A DNA stretch of 64,000 nucleotides from contig JAIVFI010000005.1 of assembly GCA_025558095.1 (NCBI GenBank), positions 310,001 to 374,000 on the forward strand. Direction: 5' to 3'. Under the pieces are notes generated by a model that saw only the letters and a list, made by a program, of their open reading frames with translations, was not told where the DNA came from and searched no databases. The position numbers and the translations under genes were made by a program. The DNA comes from Hyaloraphidium curvatum SAG 235-1. Its lineage: Eukaryota > Fungi > Monoblepharomycota. Numbering within the stretch: the stretch's first letter is position 1; every line of letters starts with the position of its first letter. Positions 1 to 10,575 of the stretch are shown in pieces.

Positions 1-269
1 CCATGGCCAAGATCATCATCCCCAACGTTGTTGGCGCCATCCTCGACCGCGCCATCCAGCTGCACGGTGGCGGCGGTGTCGCCGGTCCCCTGGCCGAGAT
101 GTGGTCGGGCATCCGCACGCTCCGTCTCGCCGACGGCCCCGACGAGGTGCACGCCCCGACCGTCTTCAAGAACGAGATGAAGCGCATCTCGCAGGTCCAC
201 AAGACGTACGAGACCATTGAGCAGAGGGCTGCGGACCTGTCCAAGCGCCTCGGCATGGCCAAGCTCTGA
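1..269 (+). CDS. Acyl-CoA dehydrogenase (ACAD10/11-like), 3' end only
   Basis: C-terminal ACAD motif ILDRAIQLHGGGG...RTLRLADGPDEVH; ends in AKL*, a PTS1-like peroxisomal signal; truncated by the window edge. Confidence 0.85.
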   Translation, partial: MAKIIIPNVVGAILDRAIQLHGGGGVAGPLAEMWSGIRTLRLADGPDEVHAPTVFKNEMKRISQVHKTYETIEQRAADLSKRLGMAKL

Positions 270-496
270 AGGAACGGAAGGCTGGAAGTCGGTGTTAGAA
301 CATAGGTTTCGGTCGCTTGACGAAGCTGTGAATAGTCATTTTGTCCCACGTTTTCTCGTCCGACGTCGTTGTTCTTTGCGCGGGACTTCTGGCTTCGATC
401 GACTCCGCCACGCAGAAGGACGTGGGAGACAAGTGACCCCCCAAGCTCACGGCGTTACGAAGGAATACTGTGCTGGAAAGGACGTGATACGAAGCA

Positions 497-1502
497 ATGT
501 CGACTGATTACATCAAGGGCTCGGTCTTTGTCGTGTTGGTACAGCGTCGCCTGTTCAGTCTTCAACGTTCACTCACCGGACCTGCCCCAACGATCTCCTA
601 CCTCAACGCGACCATTCTTCCTTCTGTTGACGGATCTCTTTCTCTAGCACCGGCGGAAGCAGCGGGCTCGGACGCGCAACCGTACATGCGCTCGTCAAAC
701 GCGGTGCGAAAGTGGTCAACCTCGACCGCCAGTCGAGCGACAAGGTCATCGCCGAGCTCGGCGCCGAGAACGTGGTCTGGCCCGGACAGGTGGACGTGTC
801 AAATGAGGCCCAGGTCAAGGCCGCTCTGGCCCAGGGGTTGACCGCTTTCAAGGGCCTCACGCTTCGCGGACTGGTGAACTGCGCCGGGTTCAGTGTGCGT
901 GGCAACATAATCGATGGCGACGGGAATCCGATGCCCATCGGGCTGTTCGATCGCATCGTGAGGGTCAACCTCCACGGTACCTATCTGATGGATTCCCTCG
1001 TGGCGGCGGAGATGATCAAGAGTACTCCGCCGATCGGCCCCGACGGAGAGCGCGGTGTCCTGATTCACACGTCTTCCGTCAACGCCTCGGACAACCCGGA
1101 GGGCGCCGTGCCATACAATGTGGCGAAAGCCGCAGTGCTTGCATTGACCTTGGTAGGAGGCGTCCTGCGGCTTCACACTCTTTCGATCGCTCACTGTCAT
1201 CACAGGGCAACGCGCGCGAGCTTTCGCGGTGGGGAATCCGCTGTATGACAATTCAACCCGGCGCGATGGACACTCCCGGGCTGGCGCTCGGCGGATCGTG
1301 GGGCCAGGACCAGATCGACAAGGCCGGCGTGTTCCCCCGGCGCCTCGGCGGGGCGGACGAGTTCGCGGCGCTCGTGATCCACATCATTCAGAACCACTAC
1401 CTCAACGGGAGCACGATCCGGCTCGACGGCGGCGTGCGCGTGCCTCTGCAGCGGGACGATCCGAAGCGGTTCGAGCGCAAGTACGGCAAGTCTGTTCTGT
1501 GA
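497..1502 (+). CDS. Short-chain dehydrogenase/reductase, HSD17B10 (3-hydroxyacyl-CoA dehydrogenase type 2)-like, multi-exon
   Basis: After splicing: TGGSSGLG Rossmann motif, VNCAG, GERGV, catalytic YxxxK (YNVAK) and C-terminal NHYLNGSTIRLDGG. Confidence 0.85.
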
Positions 1503-1760
1503 GCCGGAACCGGCGACTAGTTCTACTTCTCCAAGGCCGAGTGGCATCTGTACAACAGCAACGCTGAAGAACGCCATAAACTACATCGGAGGGGCCGAGT
1601 CCCCGAATGGCACGCCCTACATCTCCACATTTCCAGTGATGTTCAGCTGTCAGATCCAACGAGCAGATTGTCCAAGTCCAGGTGATCCCAGTTACAAGAG
1701 TCAGTACTCAGCATTCCCAATTGTCATCGGTGCATTTCCGGTACAGCGCTCGCGGCGCGT

Positions 1761-2898
1761 TCACTTGTCGAACCCCTTGAGAGCCCGAAGCGGGTAGACG
1801 CCTTCCTTCGAAGGGTCGGCAACGGCGAACCCGACGCACCACCACTCGGTCTCCCGCGCCGGGGCGACGCCGCTGTCCCCGTGCTGGTGCGGGCCCGCGT
1901 GGAGCTGCTCCCCCTCGATCTCGAAGATGCCATGGTGCTCGTGCGATTCGTTGCCCTCGCCCGCCGAATGCTCCAGGCCCGGGCCCAGGAACCGCGATCG
2001 GATGACGACGTGCTCGTGCGGGCGGAGCTGAAGCATGACCAGGAGGGGCTCCAGGCCGCGGAAGGCGCCGATCGGGTCCACTTCGGCCGCCGTGTCGTCG
2101 GCGTCGCTCGACACTTCGTCCGAATCGTACTCGTCGTACGTGAGGCGCGAGGTGTATCCCCCATCGTCGCTGTCGTCGTCGACGTAGTAGGTCCCGCTCG
2201 CCAGGATCGAGCGCCGCCGCTTCCCGCGCCGGTCCGAGGGCGACCCGTCCCGCTGCCGCGGCCGCCCCCCGCGGGATTCCGGGTGCAGGAAGAGCACGGG
2301 CCGCGAGAAGCCGTCCGCCTGCTCGATTTCGCAGAAAAAGTCAGGCGGCGGGTCCCAGCCGCCCCGCGTCGCCTGCGCACAGCACTGCTGATTGTTAGCG
2401 GGTGGTGACTGAGCAGAGGCGCCCGGACCTCACCTCTCCCTCGAACGTGTCGACGACGTCCACGCTCATGCGCCGAGCATGGTTCAGCGGCGACTGGGCC
2501 GTGGCTGTCGCGCTCGATGCAAAGCTCGACTGGCTCGCGGTGTGGAACACCACCAGCGAGGGCCGGGTCGGTTTGGGCGACAGGCACGGCGCCGACGCGG
2601 TGGTTGCGGTGATCGGGCTGCTGAAGATGGGCACGCTCGCCGCGCGGCGGGCCGTGGCGCTCGGCGTGCGCAGGGGCGGCTCGGTGACGACGTGCAGATC
2701 CCAGGGCTTCTTTCCGTGCGCGGGGGCTTCCGGCGCGGGCAGCACGGGATCCGCGTAGTCCGCGCTGGCGAACCGCTCCATGCGCTCCATGGCGGCGAGC
2801 CAGTCGTCGGCGACGAGCGGCGCGCCGCAGCTCGCCTCGGACGCCGCCGACGCCGCGCGGTCCGCGACCACCGGCTGCAGCCGCGCGCGCGCGTCCAT
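1761..2898 (-). CDS. Hypothetical protein, probably 2 exons
   Basis: ORFs 2395-2961 and 1761-2297 look coding and are separated by a GT...CTAAC...AG intron-like stretch; no family recognised; start uncertain. Confidence 0.4.
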
Positions 2899-3390
2899 CT
2901 TGGCGCGCTGCAGCCGCTGCCGCCGCAGCGAGCTGCGCACCTCGTCCTCGTCGCTGCTCACGTGGACATCGACGCTCGCGGACGCCAGCTTGGCGGAGCG
3001 CGCGAGAGTCCCCGAAATGGAGATGAGTCAAAGTGCTGCACACCGCTTCGTCCGCCGGCCGCGGGATAAATGCGGCAGGATCTAGACGGCGGTCGCTCTC
3101 TGCGCCAGCGTCGGCGGCTGCGCTTCCGGGTGTTTTCGTCTGCGAGAGCTGGGAGACGGGATTCGGAAACCCTTCGGGACACGTGACGATGTGCCTTCAG
3201 TCACATCTTCCTCTTGAGACGCGCTGCCGACAAGGTTGTTACGAAGAGCGCCCGTGTGCACGCACTCATCTAACGAGCTAAGTACACGCACTGGACTGGA
3301 TTGTCTGATGGATCCCCGCTGTCTCCCAGACTGGTCGAACCTGACGGGCAAACAGTTCTGTTCAGCTTTCCGACATACACAACGACCAGA

Positions 3391-4812
3391 TCAGCTCAAG
3401 TGCACGTGGTTCGCCTGCTTCGGATGCAGTGTCGCCGCGTCCTCGTCGAGGTCGATCGATAGGCTCGCCTTGTGCGACCTGTCCCCGATCAACGTCCGCG
3501 CCTCGTCCGACTGCATCTCCATGGGGATCGACTCGTCCGCGCCCTCGTCGTCCACGGGGTCGCGGCCAAAGACGTTGCCGACCGCATCCCCGTTTATCCC
3601 GTCCTCGAGGGCGGAGTACTCCGTCGGCGTCGGAGCCCGTCCGGCGTCGCCAAAGTCGCCTTTGGGAGGGCCCCATCGCACGTAGATGTAGATGAGCAAC
3701 AGGATCCAGGCCTGAATGAGGAAAGCGGCCGCGCAGAGGAGCATTCCGTACGAAGCCGGGTCGACAATGCCGGTCCCGGCGAAGAACTCCAAAGCTTCCT
3801 GGTTGCTCCCCATGAACAGCACCCCGCTTTGGATGAGCAGGTAGGAGGTAAGAATGCCGAGGCGGCCCCTGCCGGCTCGCTCCTGGTCCCAGTACATGGA
3901 GAGGATACGCGACAGCGAGGCCAGGATGAGTGAGACGCCGAAAAAGGCGTGCATCATGGTCGAATAAGGCAGATGCTGGAAGTGCAATGCCATCGCGATG
4001 CCCGTGATCCCAAGCACGAGCGCCGGAAACACGTTGGGCACGGAGCGCAGGTAGAAGGAGACCAGCACGGACAGGAGGCCCGCGCCGACCCAAACGATCC
4101 CCATGCTCGTGTGCTGCACATCGCCATGATTCCAGCTCTGTCCCCACCGGTGCTCCGTCAGGCTATTGACCACGCCCCACGCGAGAATTACGACGCTGTC
4201 GTAGGAGTCGTCGGGCATCTTGAGCACCCGCAGCAATCCGAAATACCGCAAGCTGGTGAAGGCGCCGTAGTAGACAAACGCCGTTCCCATAATGTGGTGA
4301 GCAATGCATTGCCCCAAATAGTATCCCGGGATGCTCCAGCACATGCGGCCCATCGCGATGACTCCGAACTGAATCTGCACGTAGGGAAAGAGGAATATGG
4401 CCACGCCGAACGCCCGGTGCCAGGCGGAGGCTACCCGCAGCATCGCCGACCGCGCCGAAGCCGCGACGTGCGCCGCATTCGCGGTATGGAGCCCCAGTCC
4501 CGCCGCCACCTGGCACGCAAGCAGTGCAAGCAGCAGCCACCCAAACACCTGGTGCGGTCCCGGCGGGACGTGGTCCGAGGAATGGAAGAAGGTCGGCACC
4601 ATGCCCGCCGCAACGACGCCAACGCCGATTCCCTGGATTGTCCGGTGGTGTTTCGAGCGCACCATGCCCAGGACCGCCCCCAGCGGGAGGAGGACCCCGA
4701 AACCCAAGGTCATCAGCGCCGCATGCAGCAGCAGGAACGTGTCCCGTGCCGGGGAGCCCGGAGGTATGGTCCCGGCCCCCTCCGGACCTCCATCGTGCCC
4801 GCCGTGGTCCAT
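3391..4812 (-). CDS. Ytp1-like multi-pass membrane protein with a cytochrome b561-like N-terminal domain
   Basis: LHAALMTLGFGVLLPLG, HQVFGW, GQCIAHHIMG, EHRWGQSWNHGDVQHTSMG; many TM helices with conserved His; ATG at 4812 inside the longer ORF. Confidence 0.8.
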   Translation of the reverse strand: MDHGGHDGGPEGAGTIPPGSPARDTFLLLHAALMTLGFGVLLPLGAVLGMVRSKHHRTIQGIGVGVVAAGMVPTFFHSSDHVPPGPHQVFGWLLLALLACQVAAGLGLHTANAAHVAASARSAMLRVASAWHRAFGVAIFLFPYVQIQFGVIAMGRMCWSIPGYYLGQCIAHHIMGTAFVYYGAFTSLRYFGLLRVLKMPDDSYDSVVILAWGVVNSLTEHRWGQSWNHGDVQHTSMGIVWVGAGLLSVLVSFYLRSVPNVFPALVLGITGIAMALHFQHLPYSTMMHAFFGVSLILASLSRILSMYWDQERAGRGRLGILTSYLLIQSGVLFMGSNQEALEFFAGTGIVDPASYGMLLCAAAFLIQAWILLLIYIYVRWGPPKGDFGDAGRAPTPTEYSALEDGINGDAVGNVFGRDPVDDEGADESIPMEMQSDEARTLIGDRSHKASLSIDLDEDAATLHPKQANHVHLS

Positions 4813-4902
4813 GGTAGGGAAGGAGCCGTTCAGCTGCTGCGGCGCGCCCAGGAAGCGTCTCCCTTTCCTAATCCCTTGTAAACAAACAACGCAATCGCGG
4901 CA

Positions 4903-5931
4903 ATGGTCTTCGCGGCCCTCGACGAGGCGGTGCCGATCCCGGCGTCTCTGGCGTCGGGACACGTCGTCATCGTCACGGACACCCTGAGGTCCGACGGCTC
5001 GTTCGTGCTGCACCACTTCCTCGGACGCTTCGCGCGCCTTGCAGCCTCGCGGCGCGCGTCGGACGCGTCGGACGACCGGCCGTGGACCGTCGCGCTGCTC
5101 AGCATGTCCCAAACGCTCGAGCATTGGCGGGCGGTGTCCAAGAAGCTGGGTTGGGACCTGGGGAGGAACCTGGACGGCGGTTCGCTCCACTTCCTGGACG
5201 GCTTCGGGATGCTGGCCCAGTGGCCTGGCTCTCCGGGCGAGAATCCAGAGGGCAGAGACGTAGGCGATGGCATGAAACATCTGTCGGTGGGCTCCAGTCC
5301 TCAGCAAAAGTATTCGGGGACGGGCGGGCCTGCGGCAGGCCGGACAAAACGGGTGCACCCCCTGACACTGCCGCAGAACTTGGACGAGGACCTCGGTGGG
5401 CTCCTTTCTCAAGTTTCCGACGTCTTGAGTTTGGATGTCTCGGGGTCGGGACCCGGAAGTGCGGTGCACGGCGAGCGGACATCGAATCGTGATCACGGCC
5501 CCGTCTGCATCATGGTGGACGACCTGACCGCGCTTTTGGATTGGGGGTGCACCGTGCCCGCGGTGCTCGACTTCTTTGGTGCCTTGAGGAACATGGCTGC
5601 GGCGACGCACGGGGCTTTGATTGCGTTGGTTCACGGCGACACGGTGACGCTCGATACCTCGGTACCGCTCTCCATCTTTGCGGTGCCCGTCGCCGACGAG
5701 GGTTCGCGGCATCACTCGGAGCAGACTGCGCTCGTGCAGAGCCTGCGCTACGCCGCCGATCTGATGGTCGACATCGTCACCCTGCCCAGCGGCGTCAGCA
5801 GGGATGTGCACGGGCAGCTGAACATCCGGAGCGGACCCCTGGTTCCCGAAATCGACCTTTCGTATCACTACAAGGTGAACGATGGCGGGGTCCAGTTCTG
5901 GAAAGTGGGGCTCTCGAGCGGGGTCATCTGA
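4903..5931 (+). CDS. ELP6: Elongator complex subunit 6-like (RecA-like fold)
   Basis: DGSFVLHHFL, HWRAVSKKLG, CIMVDDL, LPSGVSRDVHGQL and YKVNDGGVQF match the Elp6 pattern. Confidence 0.75.
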   Translation: MVFAALDEAVPIPASLASGHVVIVTDTLRSDGSFVLHHFLGRFARLAASRRASDASDDRPWTVALLSMSQTLEHWRAVSKKLGWDLGRNLDGGSLHFLDGFGMLAQWPGSPGENPEGRDVGDGMKHLSVGSSPQQKYSGTGGPAAGRTKRVHPLTLPQNLDEDLGGLLSQVSDVLSLDVSGSGPGSAVHGERTSNRDHGPVCIMVDDLTALLDWGCTVPAVLDFFGALRNMAAATHGALIALVHGDTVTLDTSVPLSIFAVPVADEGSRHHSEQTALVQSLRYAADLMVDIVTLPSGVSRDVHGQLNIRSGPLVPEIDLSYHYKVNDGGVQFWKVGLSSGVI

Positions 5932-6042
5932 CGCGACACAATGGCGGTGTAAACACGGCTCGCAAAACAGCCTCGAAGCTCGCCCACCTCCATCGCTTTC
6001 CTGTGCTCCTGCAGAGTAAATCTCTGCACCCGGGTCGCACCG

Positions 6043-6507
6043 ATGTCTGGGCCGGGATTCCAGCCCCCGTCGCGCGAGCAGCTTGCCGCGTTCCACGCGT
6101 TGCATTTCCGGGGGCCCGCACCCGAGGTCTCGCCATCATTCAATTTCTGCTCGAGCTGCCAACAATGGCAGGTCATTGTCGGCAACGCTCTCGGGTTCTG
6201 CAGCGCTTGCGGATCTAGCGATGTGATGCAGGAGGACGACTATGCACACGGAGACGCGAACGATGAGTCTGTTGCCTTTGAGCTTTCGGAGGAGGCTATT
6301 GCCATGTTTCGCTTCGGCGAACAGTTCAGAAAAGAACGAGCAGCACAGCTGGCTAGAGAGGAGGAGGAGGAGGAGGAACGTGTCGTGGACCCCGGGGAGT
6401 CGGGTCGAAAGGAACCGGTCTCCAACGCAGGCCGTTCAGACCGGATTGGCGCAGCAGAGCAAGCGGAAAGGACTAGCTCGACTACGAGGGATGAGAAAGC
6501 GGAATGA
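6043..6507 (+). CDS. Small hypothetical protein with CxxC...CxxC and an acidic/charged helix
   Basis: 154-aa ATG ORF between two genes; FCSSC...FCSAC; FELSEEAIAMFRFGEQFRKER. Confidence 0.45.
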   Translation: MSGPGFQPPSREQLAAFHALHFRGPAPEVSPSFNFCSSCQQWQVIVGNALGFCSACGSSDVMQEDDYAHGDANDESVAFELSEEAIAMFRFGEQFRKERAAQLAREEEEEEERVVDPGESGRKEPVSNAGRSDRIGAAEQAERTSSTTRDEKAE

Positions 6508-6586
6508 GAGCCCCAGCATCGTCCCGCTTCCTGTAGCCTCAGCATATTTGAGTGCTACAAGTCAATGCCAGCCGTGTGTACAGCTC

Positions 6587-7576
6587 TCACAGCGGCCTAG
6601 TGCAGAACTTCAGCGTCGCCTCGATCACGAGCCAATTCAAGCTGTGGAGGGGGAAACTGCGGAGCAGAGTCGCGGAGAATCCGCTGTAGAACCCGCGAAG
6701 GCCTCCCGTGGCATATGTTTTGCGAGCGCAGTCCATCAACCCGCTGTAGGTTCGCACCGAGAGCTGCGCGTCCTTCTGGAGTCTTGATTTCAGCAAGTCG
6801 AAAGGAAAAATAATCAACCAGGACGATACGCCGGATAGTCCACCGGCCAGAAAGTACGCCAGCGAAGAAGGGAGGAAGGGCAGCAGACAATGGCGTGCGA
6901 CTTCGTAGGCCGCAAAATACGTGGCAGTGCCCAGCGTGTCACGCAGCGTATGCGGCAAAAGACCTCGATAAAGCCCAGTGACACCGTTCGTCTGCACGAT
7001 GCGTAAGAATGTCCGAAAACTGGAGCCCTTCTCGACCTTGCCTCCCTGCCGCGATAGCAACTCCTCGAGCTGCCTTTGCACCTTCACCAGCTCGAGCGGA
7101 CAACTGATGAGGGAGATGCAGGCTCCCGAAACGGCGCCAGAGGCCGCAGACACAAAAGTCAGGTCCTTGAACGGCAGCTTCTGTGGCAATCGCAGCTTGG
7201 AAATCAAAAGCTCCTTGGTGGAGGAGTAAATCTGGAACGAAACGCTCTTGACGAAGGAGACTGTCACCATCGGCGGCAGGATTCCCCGGTAGAAGCCTCT
7301 CGCTCCCTCCAGGCGATAGACTTCCCGAAAGCAGTTCACGAGCCTGCCGTTCTGGGAGACCTGCATGCGTAACTTCAAGACGTCGGCTGGATAACCGACT
7401 GCCAAGCTCGCGACAGAGGCGGTGGAAGCAGAAATGATGTGACGGTTCTGGTGAAGAAAGGCGTCCAGGCGGGACCGGCTCGTGCGGTGTCCCAAGTCTT
7501 CCGATGGCGCAAGCCCAAGACTGGCATCAGCCTCTTCCACATCCTCTACCGACGTGGAGCTAGCGAGCTCCGACAT
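6587..7576 (-). CDS. Mitochondrial carrier (SLC25) protein, carnitine/ornithine-carrier-like
   Basis: Three PxD/ExxKxRxQ signatures (PADVLKLRMQ, PLELVKVQRQ, PFDLLKSRLQ) with GFYRG/GLYRG motifs. Confidence 0.92.
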   Translation of the reverse strand: MSELASSTSVEDVEEADASLGLAPSEDLGHRTSRSRLDAFLHQNRHIISASTASVASLAVGYPADVLKLRMQVSQNGRLVNCFREVYRLEGARGFYRGILPPMVTVSFVKSVSFQIYSSTKELLISKLRLPQKLPFKDLTFVSAASGAVSGACISLISCPLELVKVQRQLEELLSRQGGKVEKGSSFRTFLRIVQTNGVTGLYRGLLPHTLRDTLGTATYFAAYEVARHCLLPFLPSSLAYFLAGGLSGVSSWLIIFPFDLLKSRLQKDAQLSVRTYSGLMDCARKTYATGGLRGFYSGFSATLLRSFPLHSLNWLVIEATLKFCTRPL

Positions 7577-7661
7577 CGTTGCGTAGGAGCTAGGGTGAGT
7601 GAATTAGAAGTTTGTAGGACGCCACGTCTAAAAAACACTTCGACCGCGTCGCTCCGTGAGG

Positions 7662-9953
7662 ATGGCAGCGCCGGCGTACGTCATTCCGGACTCGGACGAG
7701 GACGAGCCTCTTGTGGTCGCTGCGGTGGAGATTGCGGCAGGGCCAGGGGCCCGGCGACCCGGAAACAGCTCTCGCACTTCGCGGGCCTCGGGTCCCGGAG
7801 CGAGCTCGCTGTCCCAGCAGCTTCTCGAAGTCGAGCACGACCTTGATCTTGTGCAAGAGAAGATCGATGTCCTCCAGGCGGAGAAGAAGAAGCTGACTGA
7901 TGTCAAGCTCTCGATCGAGCGGCGCATCCGGCAGGCCGAGGACGACGCAGAGGAAGAGGAGCAGGCGCATTTCCGGGAGCTCAACCGCAAGACGGACTGG
8001 AAGTCTGCGACGGCATTCGCCTGGTCCCCAATGCTACCAGACCTGGCGAAGCAGTACTTCGACATTTCTTCCTTCCGGTCGCCTCAGCTCGAGGTCGTGA
8101 ACGCAACGCTTTCCGGCAGGGACGTCTTTATGATTGCCGCGACCGGGCATGGCAAGTCCTTGACGTTCCAACTCCCGGCGTTGCTGCATCCTTCCATCAC
8201 CCTCGTGGTCTCCCCGCTCGTTTCGCTATCTAGAGATCAGGTGCTTTCTCTGGAGGACAGGGGAATCAAGGCGGCCATGCTTTACGCCGGAACGCCGAAG
8301 GACGAGGAGAAGCGTATCCTCGATGAAATGCTTTGGGGTCCGGGAGGGCAGCGCGAGTACCTCGACACCTTGGACGAGGACGAACCGGTGTACGATGGGT
8401 CTCTACGCCTTGTTTTCGTGACGCCGGAGAAGCTCAACAAATCCAAAAGATTCATGAACCATCTGGAGAAGGTGTACGCGAGGGGGCGCCTCGCGCGCAT
8501 CTGCATCGACGAAGCCCATTGCGCGAGCCAGCTCGGCCACGACTTTCGCCCGGACTACAAGAAGCTAGGCATCCTGAAGCAGTTGTTTCCCAACATCCCT
8601 CTTCTGGCGCTTTCGGCAACCTGCCCTCCCAGCCTCGTCGCCTCGTGCTTCACCATCCTTGGGCTGCGCGACGTCGAAAGCGACGCTCGCAACGGGTGCC
8701 TGGTCTTCTCGTCAGAGCTGTATCGAAAGAACCTGCATTACTCGGTCGTGCAGAAGGGATCTTCGTCGGACGAGCAGGTCGGAGAAATCGCCGAATGGAT
8801 GGACCAGCACCACCCCGACGAAACCGGGATTGTCTATTGCCTTTCAAAAAAAGATGCGGAACAGATGGCTGCGGGGCTGCAGGAACGGGGCGTTGCGGCC
8901 GCATTCTATCATGCAGACGCGGACGATCGGGACAAGGTCCACAGGCAGTGGCGGAACCGCCAGCTCAAGGTCGTCTGTGCGACTATTGCTTTCGGTCTCG
9001 GGATCGACTTTCCTTCCGTGCGCTTCGTCATTCATGCCACGCTTTCCAAGTCCGTCGAAGGGCTGTACCAAGAGTCGGGGCGTGCCGGTCGCGACGGCCT
9101 GGACAGCGATTGCGTGCTCTTCTACCGCCCTTCTGACTTTTCGCGCCTGTCGGCCATGACGGCGGGGGAGCCCGAGGGCAAGAGAGGCGTTCTGGGCATG
9201 CTGCGATACTGCGAAGACCTCACGACATGCAGACGCGTTTTGATGGACCGCTACTTTGGAAGGGAGGGACTGAGGCGGCAAGGGGGCGCCGAACAGAAAT
9301 GCGGCCACTGCGACAACTGCCGGCGGGAACCTGGTTCGATCGTCTCGCTAGAAGTCACGAAGCATGCCCTGGCGGTCTGCGGGATCCTCGAAGCCTTGAA
9401 GACCTCTGGAAAGAAAGACGAGAAAGCCACGCTCATCAAGCTCGTCGACCTCTGGAGAGGCTCGGGTCTCGGCAAGCATACGGCTGCTGTAGCTGCTGCC
9501 GTGCCGGCCGATGCCAAACGCGAGCTTTCCCGGCTGCAGATGGAGCGGATCGTGGTACAATGCGTGATCTCCGGGCTCATTGAAGACGTCCCGCACTTTA
9601 CCGCGTACACGACCGTCAGCTACCTGCAGTGCTCGCAGCGGGGCCAGCGCTTGATTCGGCTCCACCAGGGCAACCCCAGCGACGTCCAGAGCAAAGTGTA
9701 CGTCGAATTTCCTGCCCAGCCCGAACCCGCCAAGCCGACGGCTCGCAAGCGCAAGTCGAGCGGTGCCGCAAGCGATGCAAAAGCGAAGCCGAAGCCGAAG
9801 AAGCGTACGAGCAATGCCTCCGGAGACGATGCGATCGTAATTGAGGATTCGGACTCCGAGGCCGACCAGGAGATCGAGGAGGAAGAAGAGCCAGACTGGG
9901 CGCCGCGGCGGAAGAAGAGGGCAGCCGTCGATAGCGATGACGAGGAGTACTGA
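7662..9953 (+). CDS. ATP-dependent DNA helicase, RecQ family (RECQL1-like), intronless
   Basis: TGHGKS, DEAHC..SQLGHDFRPDY, SAT, ATIAFGLGID, QESGRAGRDG, Zn-binding CRR...CGHCDNC, N-terminal coiled coil. Confidence 0.95.
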   Translation: MAAPAYVIPDSDEDEPLVVAAVEIAAGPGARRPGNSSRTSRASGPGASSLSQQLLEVEHDLDLVQEKIDVLQAEKKKLTDVKLSIERRIRQAEDDAEEEEQAHFRELNRKTDWKSATAFAWSPMLPDLAKQYFDISSFRSPQLEVVNATLSGRDVFMIAATGHGKSLTFQLPALLHPSITLVVSPLVSLSRDQVLSLEDRGIKAAMLYAGTPKDEEKRILDEMLWGPGGQREYLDTLDEDEPVYDGSLRLVFVTPEKLNKSKRFMNHLEKVYARGRLARICIDEAHCASQLGHDFRPDYKKLGILKQLFPNIPLLALSATCPPSLVASCFTILGLRDVESDARNGCLVFSSELYRKNLHYSVVQKGSSSDEQVGEIAEWMDQHHPDETGIVYCLSKKDAEQMAAGLQERGVAAAFYHADADDRDKVHRQWRNRQLKVVCATIAFGLGIDFPSVRFVIHATLSKSVEGLYQESGRAGRDGLDSDCVLFYRPSDFSRLSAMTAGEPEGKRGVLGMLRYCEDLTTCRRVLMDRYFGREGLRRQGGAEQKCGHCDNCRREPGSIVSLEVTKHALAVCGILEALKTSGKKDEKATLIKLVDLWRGSGLGKHTAAVAAAVPADAKRELSRLQMERIVVQCVISGLIEDVPHFTAYTTVSYLQCSQRGQRLIRLHQGNPSDVQSKVYVEFPAQPEPAKPTARKRKSSGAASDAKAKPKPKKRTSNASGDDAIVIEDSDSEADQEIEEEEEPDWAPRRKKRAAVDSDDEEY

Positions 9954-10001
9954 GCGCGAAGTAAAGAAGCAGGAAGAACTTTGTCCTTTCATTTCGGTCC
10001 G

Positions 10002-10430
10002 CTACTCGAGGACCTTTGTGAAGTTGATCTCCGGCGGCTCCTCCTCGTCAAACTGGCGGGCAATCTTCTCCCCGGCAAGTTCCTGCGCGCGGCCACCCCG
10101 CGGCTGGCTCTCGTCGCGCGTGGAATGCGGCGGTTCGTCCTCGGGCTCCTCCATCTCGCCCGCGGGGCCGTCGTTCGCCACAACCTCCTCCACAAACTCC
10201 TCCGTCTCTTCGTCCTCGCCCTTTTCCACGATGGTCCCGCCCGCCGGATGTATTGCCGGCAGGTCTGTCCGGTAGTGCTGGTGCACGATGAAGGAGAGGC
10301 ACGCAAACACCAGGAGCAGGTTCAGAATCAGCACGAAGTAGCGGTCCCTGGGGTGCTTCCACTCCTCGTCCTTTTCATGACGCTCCCGAGACGGTGCCCG
10401 CGGCGCGGATTTCTCGGGCGCGGCGTCCAT
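10002..10430 (-). CDS. Small single-pass membrane protein, hypothetical
   Basis: ATG at 10430 (MDAAPEK...); hydrophobic stretch YFVLILNLLLVFACLSFIV followed by an acidic tail. Confidence 0.5.
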   Translation of the reverse strand: MDAAPEKSAPRAPSRERHEKDEEWKHPRDRYFVLILNLLLVFACLSFIVHQHYRTDLPAIHPAGGTIVEKGEDEETEEFVEEVVANDGPAGEMEEPEDEPPHSTRDESQPRGGRAQELAGEKIARQFDEEEPPEINFTKVLE

Positions 10431-10575
10431 TTTTTCGCGTTCGCGTTGGCGTTTGGTCGGACAGACGCTGAGCGCCTGTTGGGCGCCGGCGCGCCGGCAG
10501 CAAAGCAACGGCCGCGCCGTCCGAACAGATCGCAAAAAGTGAGCATCAAGCATGCTATTCGAGCCCAACTTCCTA

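Noticed and set aside
3391-6105. 904-aa ORF
   Set aside because: Its N-terminal half is the antisense shadow of ELP6; the real membrane protein starts at 4812.
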